A DNA stretch of 64,000 nucleotides from an uncultured bacterium (GTDB lineage Bacteria > Patescibacteriota > Minisyncoccia > UBA6257 > 2-01-FULL-56-20): positions 758,028 through 822,027 of the forward strand of contig OY970175.1 of assembly GCA_963707865.1 (NCBI GenBank), given 5' to 3'. A program made the position numbers and the translations under genes. Within the stretch, counting starts at the first letter, position 1; each line of letters starts with the position of its first letter. Positions 59,047 to 64,000 of the stretch are shown here, piece by piece. The notes beneath the pieces are model-generated. The model was given only the letters and a program-made list of their open reading frames with translations, was not told where the DNA came from and searched no databases.

Positions 59047-59745
59047 ATGCGAAACGACAAACAAACGGCCATTCGTCTTCGTTTAACTGGAAGAAGCTAC
59101 TCGGAAATTCGGGGATTGCTTGGCAGAATATCGAAGTCAACTCTTTCATTATGGCTAAAAGACATAGTTCTTTCTGATGCCGCAAGCAGTGCGCTCAAAA
59201 GACGGACGTGGGAAAGGTCATTGGCAGGATTGCTTAAGAGGAATAAGAAGCAAACGATTTTGGCTTTGCGCCGTAAGTCCGACATTCAAACTGAAGCGAA
59301 AAATCAAATTGGCGATATTTCAAAAGAAAAATTATTGCTTGTAGGGGCCGCGTTGTATTGGGCGGAAGGATACAAGCGGGCGAAAAGGAGAAACGGTTTG
59401 GAGGTAACCAACCATCCTGTTTCTCTCACGAATGCAGACCCCAAGCTTTTGAAAATGTTTATAAAGTTTTTGGTTGAAGTGTGCGAGGTCGCACGTGAGA
59501 GAATAAAGATCGGGGTAAGAATTTTCCAACACCTTAACGAAGAAGAAGTTTTAAATTATTGGAGTGATACTCTCCAGATCTCCAGAAAAAACTTTACGAA
59601 AACATATCTCGGCATTAGTAGGTCTAGCATGGGCAAACGGCCGTTTAATCGCTTGCCTTATGGGGTTGCACAGATTAGAATAAACAACACCAATCTGTTT
59701 CATAAGATCATGGGATGGATTGATGGCGTTAAGGAAAAAGTTTGA
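59047..59745 (+). CDS. Putative endonuclease-like protein: N-terminal helix-turn-helix plus a degenerate LAGLIDADG-like core
   Basis: HTH LTGRSYSEIRGLLGRISKSTLSLWLK, then LLLVGAALYWAEGYKRAK and a downstream F.L.....D..LL..I...L pattern. Lower GC than the flanks. Sits between tRNA-Pro and the intron-containing tRNA-Phe. Confidence 0.4.
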   Translation: MRNDKQTAIRLRLTGRSYSEIRGLLGRISKSTLSLWLKDIVLSDAASSALKRRTWERSLAGLLKRNKKQTILALRRKSDIQTEAKNQIGDISKEKLLLVGAALYWAEGYKRAKRRNGLEVTNHPVSLTNADPKLLKMFIKFLVEVCEVARERIKIGVRIFQHLNEEEVLNYWSDTLQISRKNFTKTYLGISRSSMGKRPFNRLPYGVAQIRINNTNLFHKIMGWIDGVKEKV

Positions 59746-59746
59746 A

Positions 59747-60023
59747 TGCCGCGGTAGCTCAGTGGTAGAGCGATGCCCTAAATCTTTGGGGCCTTCCGCA
59801 GTAATGCGGATTGAATAATCGGGTGAACTCGGGGGAACTCCGAAAGGACAATCCCGAACCAAGCTTCGCAGGGCCTAGGTTGCGAAGAAGGCGTAGAGAC
59901 TAGCGAGTGAGTCCCAACAATAATCTCGCACAAGCGCCCGGCTTCCTTCGGCGAGGAAGATGATATAGTCCAAATTAGCCTCGGAAGAGGCATGCGTCGG
60001 GTGTTCGATTCACCCCCGCGGCA
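59747..60023 (+). tRNA. tRNA-Phe (anticodon GAA) interrupted by a group I intron after U33 (exon 1 59747-59778, exon 2 59984-60023)
   Basis: Joined exons GCCGCGGTAGCTCAGTGGTAGAGCGATGCCCT|GAAGAGGCATGCGTCGGGTGTTCGATTCACCCCCGCGGCA fold as a canonical tRNA-Phe. The D-arm and T-loop are identical to E. coli tRNA-Phe, with A73. Confidence 0.75.
59779..59983 (+). ncRNA. Group I intron (IC3-like, 205 nt, no ORF) in the tRNA-Phe anticodon loop
   Basis: P1: exon GCCCU pairs with internal guide GGGGC (59787-59791) with a U.G at the splice site. P10: UCUUU (59782-59786) pairs with 3' exon GAAGA. P2 hairpin CCGCA-GUAA-UGCGG. Core GGCGUAGAGACUAGCGAGUGAGUCC resembles the Azoarcus tRNA-Ile intron GGUGUAGAGACUAGACGGCACCCACC. 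Terminal G before the 3' exon. Confidence 0.7.
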
Positions 60024-60073
60024 CAAAGAACAAAAAATCCGCTACTGGCGGATTTTTTTGATAAGCAACAGTC

Positions 60074-61156
60074 CTACCTCTTCACCTTCAGCGTGATCCT
60101 TCTTTCCTCGGGCTTCACGGCGTCAATGACGAACGGATACGACTGCCCGACGGCGAGCGCTTTTTTCATCTCGTCTTGTCCGCCAAACTCGGAGATGTGT
60201 ATCATGCCCTGAAGATCCCCCGCAAGCGCGACGATGGCGCCGAAGGGATTGAACTTGTACACGCGGCCCTCCACGGTGGCGCCGGGCGTGACGGCATCGC
60301 CGAGCTTCGCCCACGGATCTTCTTTGAGCGCTTTGAGGGAGAGAAATACGCGGCCTTCTTTGATGTCCACGATTTTTGCCTTTAGCGGGTCGTTCACTTT
60401 TACGAGTTCTTTTGGATTGTCTATCAACTTGTAATCCAGCTCGGAAATGTGGATCATGCCCTCTATCTGCGGATTGCCCACGAAGCGGACGAAGACGCCG
60501 AAGTCGGCGACGCCCGAGACGATGCAATCAACATCCTGCCCCACGGCGTAGGCGGCGAGGAGCTCCTTCACGTTCGCCGAAAGCACTTCGCGCTCGGAAA
60601 CGATGATCTTGTTGCTCCGCGGATTCACGTCAATGATCTTAACGGAAAGCTCCTGGCCGATAAATTTCTTCAGTTCTTCCGTGATTTTCACGCGGTCGCC
60701 GTCTGGGACTTTCGGATAGTGTTCAAGCGAGAGCTGGGAAACAGGAAGGAAGGCTCTCAGTTCTTCGGAGATTATGGCCATCAATCCGCCGGCATTCGCG
60801 CCGATGATTTTTGCCTTCACGACCTCGCCGGCTTCCGCAAGGTCTTTCGCCTGTTGCCAAAGCTTTTGTTTGCCTGCTTCGGAGAGCGAAAGTTCAATAT
60901 TACCTTCTTCGCCGTCCAGTGCGACGATTTTCGCGTGGAGCTTGCCGTCGGGATTCAGGTTGCGCAGCGCCTCCCGCGCGTTCTGAAATTCTATGCCATA
61001 GACGATGCCTGTGCCGAAACGGCCCATGTCAAAATAGGCCTTACGGGGAAGCTTCTTGATGAGCGTGACCTCCACGACCGTACCTTCCTTCGGCCAGTCG
61101 GCCGCCGAAAGCTCGGTCTTCAAGAACTGTGTGATGTTCGCGTCTGTTTGAGGCAT
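60074..61156 (-). CDS. rpsA: 30S ribosomal protein S1 (short form with four S1 domains)
   Basis: Repeated S1 domain motifs (GxV..I..FGAFV-like: DFGVFVRF, GMIHISE). Confidence 0.8.
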   Translation of the reverse strand: MPQTDANITQFLKTELSAADWPKEGTVVEVTLIKKLPRKAYFDMGRFGTGIVYGIEFQNAREALRNLNPDGKLHAKIVALDGEEGNIELSLSEAGKQKLWQQAKDLAEAGEVVKAKIIGANAGGLMAIISEELRAFLPVSQLSLEHYPKVPDGDRVKITEELKKFIGQELSVKIIDVNPRSNKIIVSEREVLSANVKELLAAYAVGQDVDCIVSGVADFGVFVRFVGNPQIEGMIHISELDYKLIDNPKELVKVNDPLKAKIVDIKEGRVFLSLKALKEDPWAKLGDAVTPGATVEGRVYKFNPFGAIVALAGDLQGMIHISEFGGQDEMKKALAVGQSYPFVIDAVKPEERRITLKVKR

Positions 61157-61318
61157 TGGTGCTCATTGTATTCAAAACGATGGCATATTGCAAGCTTGTA
61201 GAGCATATATAAGAACTTGTTTTTGCCCTCGCGCGAGGACGAGTTCGGTCAAAAACAAATTCTTATACATGCTCTGTGCGCTTGTATTTCGCCCATTTTT
61301 TTGATAAAATGTTCTCGT

Positions 61319-61918
61319 ATGGTTTTGAATTATTTTGGCAACGGAGCTTTTCGGCTCCAGAGTGGAGACACGTCTGTCCTCGTGAATCCGGAGAACAACC
61401 GCCTCAAGGCGGATGTTACGTTAAAGACGCTTGTGGCGGGGGAAAGTCCGCTTGCGGCGGAGGCGGTGGCCGGATCCGATGGCACCGCGGTTGCGGCGCA
61501 AACGATCGCGTTCCCCGGCGAATACGAGGTAAGGGAAATAGAGATTCTGGGGTATCCCGTCGCGGCCGAATCAACGGAAAAATTTTTAAAGACGGTGTAC
61601 GCAGTCTATTGGGAAGAAATGAAATTTGTTTTCTTGGGGCACCTCTCTCGGCCTATGGACGCGACGCTTATGGAGGAGCTTTTGGCACCGGACATGCTCA
61701 TCCTGCCCGTCGGCGGGGGCCATTTTTTGGAACCTGAAGTCGCGGCGAAAGTCGCGAAGCAACTTGAGGCGCGCATCATCGTCCCGAGCTTTTATAAAAC
61801 CCCCGATGAGTTTTTGAAAACGCTTGGCAAGAAAGCGGAAAAAATGGATAAATTCGTATTCAAACAAAAAGACATTATGGGTGACAAAGGGCGGCCGATC
61901 GTTTTGAGCGCGGGCTGA
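61319..61918 (+). CDS. MBL-fold metallo-hydrolase (Lactamase_B_3-like); start moved to MVLNYFGNGAF
   Basis: MVLNYFGNGAFRLQSGDTSVLVNP N-terminus typical of UlaG-like MBL-fold proteins. Confidence 0.5.
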   Translation: MVLNYFGNGAFRLQSGDTSVLVNPENNRLKADVTLKTLVAGESPLAAEAVAGSDGTAVAAQTIAFPGEYEVREIEILGYPVAAESTEKFLKTVYAVYWEEMKFVFLGHLSRPMDATLMEELLAPDMLILPVGGGHFLEPEVAAKVAKQLEARIIVPSFYKTPDEFLKTLGKKAEKMDKFVFKQKDIMGDKGRPIVLSAG

Positions 61919-62277
61919 TGCGGGCCATGCGCGAGGAAGAGAAAAAAAGCTTCCTTGAAGAGCTGCAGTCGCTTGACGAAGCGACCAAAACGAAGATTTT
62001 GGTTGCGGCGACGGCGGTCGCCATGATCATTGTGATCTACGTTTGGCTTGCCTATTTCAATAACCTTATCGCAGGGGTCGCACAAGAAGGCGCTGCTTCG
62101 TCCGCCATTCCGTCCTCCGCTGCATCATCGTCCGTGCCGTCCTCGGGCGGGACAAGTATCTGGCAGAACGTGGAAGGCGGTATCGGGACGCTCTATGGGA
62201 AAAGCGTGGGGTTTCTGCATTACTTGGGAAACATTCTACAGGCGCCACGGCAATACATCGTAAAACCGCCCCGGTAG
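61918..62277 (+). CDS. Hypothetical single-pass membrane protein
   Basis: ATGA overlap with the upstream gene; transmembrane helix; Ser/Ala-rich. Confidence 0.4.
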   Translation: MRAMREEEKKSFLEELQSLDEATKTKILVAATAVAMIIVIYVWLAYFNNLIAGVAQEGAASSAIPSSAASSSVPSSGGTSIWQNVEGGIGTLYGKSVGFLHYLGNILQAPRQYIVKPPR

Positions 62278-62278
62278 A

Positions 62279-62332
62279 ATTTCTAATTTCTAATGACTAA
62301 TTTCTAATGTCCAACGCTAATAACTAACTAAC
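62279..62332. repeat. Short tandem TTTCTAAT/CTAA repeats, stop-codon-rich spacer upstream of gyrA
   Basis: AATTTCTAATTTCTAATGACTAATTTCTAATG ... TAACTAACTAAC. Confidence 0.4.
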
Positions 62333-64000
62333 ATGGCAAAGCTGGAAAAAAGGGAAATTACAAAAGAGCTTAGCGAGTCATACTTGGACTACGCGATGTC
62401 GGTCATCGTCGCGCGGGCGCTGCCAGATGTGCGCGATGGCCTGAAGCCGGTGCAACGGCGGATTCTTTGGGACATGTGGGAATCGGGACTCACGCACCTT
62501 GCGAAGTTCCGGAAGTCGGCAACGGTCGTGGGCGACACGATGTCCAAGTATCACCCGCACGGCGACATGGCGATCTACGACACGCTCGTGCGCCTCGCGC
62601 AGGATTTTTCGCTCCGCTATCCACTCGTGCACGGGCAGGGAAATTTTGGTTCTGTGGACGGCGACCCGCCGGCGGCGCATCGCTACACGGAGGCGAAGCT
62701 CTCGCGGATCACCGAAGAGGTGCTTGAGGATATTGAAAAGGAAACGGTTGATTGGGCGCCGAATTACGATGGGACGAGGAACGAGCCGCGCGTGCTTCCC
62801 GCAAAGCTCCCCAATCTTCTTTTGAACGGCACGCTCGGCATCGCGGTGGGTATGGCGACGAGTATTCCCACGCACAATTTGAATGAGATTGTGGACGCCA
62901 TCCTTTATCTTGCGGACAATCCCGACGCGACGAGCGAGGACCTTTTGCAATTTGTGAAAGGGCCGGACTTCCCAACGGGCGGCATCATCTACGACGCGAA
63001 AGCGATACGCGAGGCGTACGTGTCCGGACGCGGCGCGGTTCTCACGCGCGCGAAGACGGAAATTGTGGAGAACAAGGCCGGCAAGCAGTTTGACATTGTG
63101 GTCACCGAGATTCCCTACCAGGTGAACAAGGCCGAGCTCATAAAGACGATCGCCGAGTTCGCGCAGGAGAAAAAGATAGAAGGCATCCGCGATCTCCGCG
63201 ATGAGTCCGATCGCGAGGGGATGCGCATCGTGATTGAACTCAAGAACGACGTGGTACCACAGAAGATCCTAAACTGGCTCTACAAGCACACCGATCTTGA
63301 AAGGAATTTCAACATGAACATGACCGCGCTCGTCGTGAATGCCGACAGCAATGGCGGCCTTGAACCGCGACTCTTGTCCTTGCGGGACATTCTTGCCGAA
63401 TACCTCGCGTATCGGAAGGAAGTGGTGCGACGCCGAACGCAGTTTGACCTCAAAAAAGCGCAGGAGCGCGCCCATATTTTGGAAGGTCTTGCGAAAGCGC
63501 TTGACGCGATTGATCGTGTGATCGCGACGATCAAGAAATCAAAGGACAAAGAAGAAGCGCATGCGAACCTCGTAAAACAGTTTAAATTCAGCGATATCCA
63601 GGCGACGGCGATACTCGAAATGCGGCTCCAGACGCTCGCCGCGCTTGAGCACCAAAAAATAGACGCGGAACTAAAGGAGAAGAAAACGCTCATTGAGGAG
63701 CTCTCGCTCATTTTGAAGAGCCCGGCACGGATATTAAAAATTATTGAAGACGAAATCCGCGAGCTCAAAGAAAAGTACGGCGACGAGCGGAGGACGCAGG
63801 TCGTTGCGCACGCCGTTGCGGCGATGAGCGATGAAGACTTGATCAACGATGAGGATGCGATCGTGACGGTTTCGGGCGGCGGGTACATCAAGCGGCTGCC
63901 GCCGAGCACTTTTAAAGTGCAAAAGCGCGGCGGCAAGGGACTCATTGGCTCCGAAGTGGCCGACGAGGATTTCCTTTCGCATTTCTTCAGCGCGCGGACG
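62333..64000 (+). CDS. gyrA: DNA gyrase subunit A, 3'-partial (runs off the window). Absent from the ORF track.
   Basis: [54 protein letters not shown]..; the reading frame stays open to position 64000. Confidence 0.9.
   Translation, partial: MAKLEKREITKELSESYLDYAMSVIVARALPDVRDGLKPVQRRILWDMWESGLTHLAKFRKSATVVGDTMSKYHPHGDMAIYDTLVRLAQDFSLRYPLVHGQGNFGSVDGDPPAAHRYTEAKLSRITEEVLEDIEKETVDWAPNYDGTRNEPRVLPAKLPNLLLNGTLGIAVGMATSIPTHNLNEIVDAILYLADNPDATSEDLLQFVKGPDFPTGGIIYDAKAIREAYVSGRGAVLTRAKTEIVENKAGKQFDIVVTEIPYQVNKAELIKTIAEFAQEKKIEGIRDLRDESDREGMRIVIELKNDVVPQKILNWLYKHTDLERNFNMNMTALVVNADSNGGLEPRLLSLRDILAEYLAYRKEVVRRRTQFDLKKAQERAHILEGLAKALDAIDRVIATIKKSKDKEEAHANLVKQFKFSDIQATAILEMRLQTLAALEHQKIDAELKEKKTLIEELSLILKSPARILKIIEDEIRELKEKYGDERRTQVVAHAVAAMSDEDLINDEDAIVTVSGGGYIKRLPPSTFKVQKRGGKGLIGSEVADEDFLSHFFSART

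Noticed and set aside
63280-63945. 221-aa minus-strand ORF
   Set aside because: Antisense to the clearly identifiable gyrA coding region. Ser-rich, low complexity.
1-64000. CRISPR arrays, rRNA genes, transposases and integrases
   Set aside because: Looked for regularly spaced direct repeats, rRNA-like conserved blocks and transposase or recombinase motifs and found none. Apart from the homing-endonuclease genes and the group I intron, no classical mobile element is visible.

Overview
This 64 kb window looks like a bacterial chromosomal segment around the replication origin, and the compact gene content suggests a reduced CPR/Patescibacteria-like genome (inference). The origin neighbourhood is intact, with yidC/jag next to it and gyrA running off the 3' edge. 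Housekeeping genes include ruvB, ruvC, yebC, PBP1A, nusA, H+-pyrophosphatase, clpP, tyrS, ftsH, ahcY and a folA-thyA-dcd-glyA-folD block. I find seven tRNA genes. One is a tRNA-Phe(GAA) split after U33 by a 205-nt ORF-less group I intron, with clean P1 and P10 pairings. A gene for an HTH plus LAGLIDADG-like protein ends two bases before that tRNA. The largest accessory block is an 11-gene minus-strand operon (12.4-24.3 kb) encoding a type IV secretion-like apparatus. Its VirB4 appears split into two ORFs overlapping by ATGA. Further items: a free-standing LAGLIDADG homing endonuclease in an AT-rich islet beside TTGCCGG iteron-like repeats, a tRNA-Ile with anticodon UAU, a DUF5320-DUF134-arginine decarboxylase module, several candidate small RNAs or regulatory elements, and three likely genes the ORF track misses. 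I found no CRISPR array, rRNA, transposase or integrase. All calls rest on reading motifs by eye and from memory of the named families; no searches were run.
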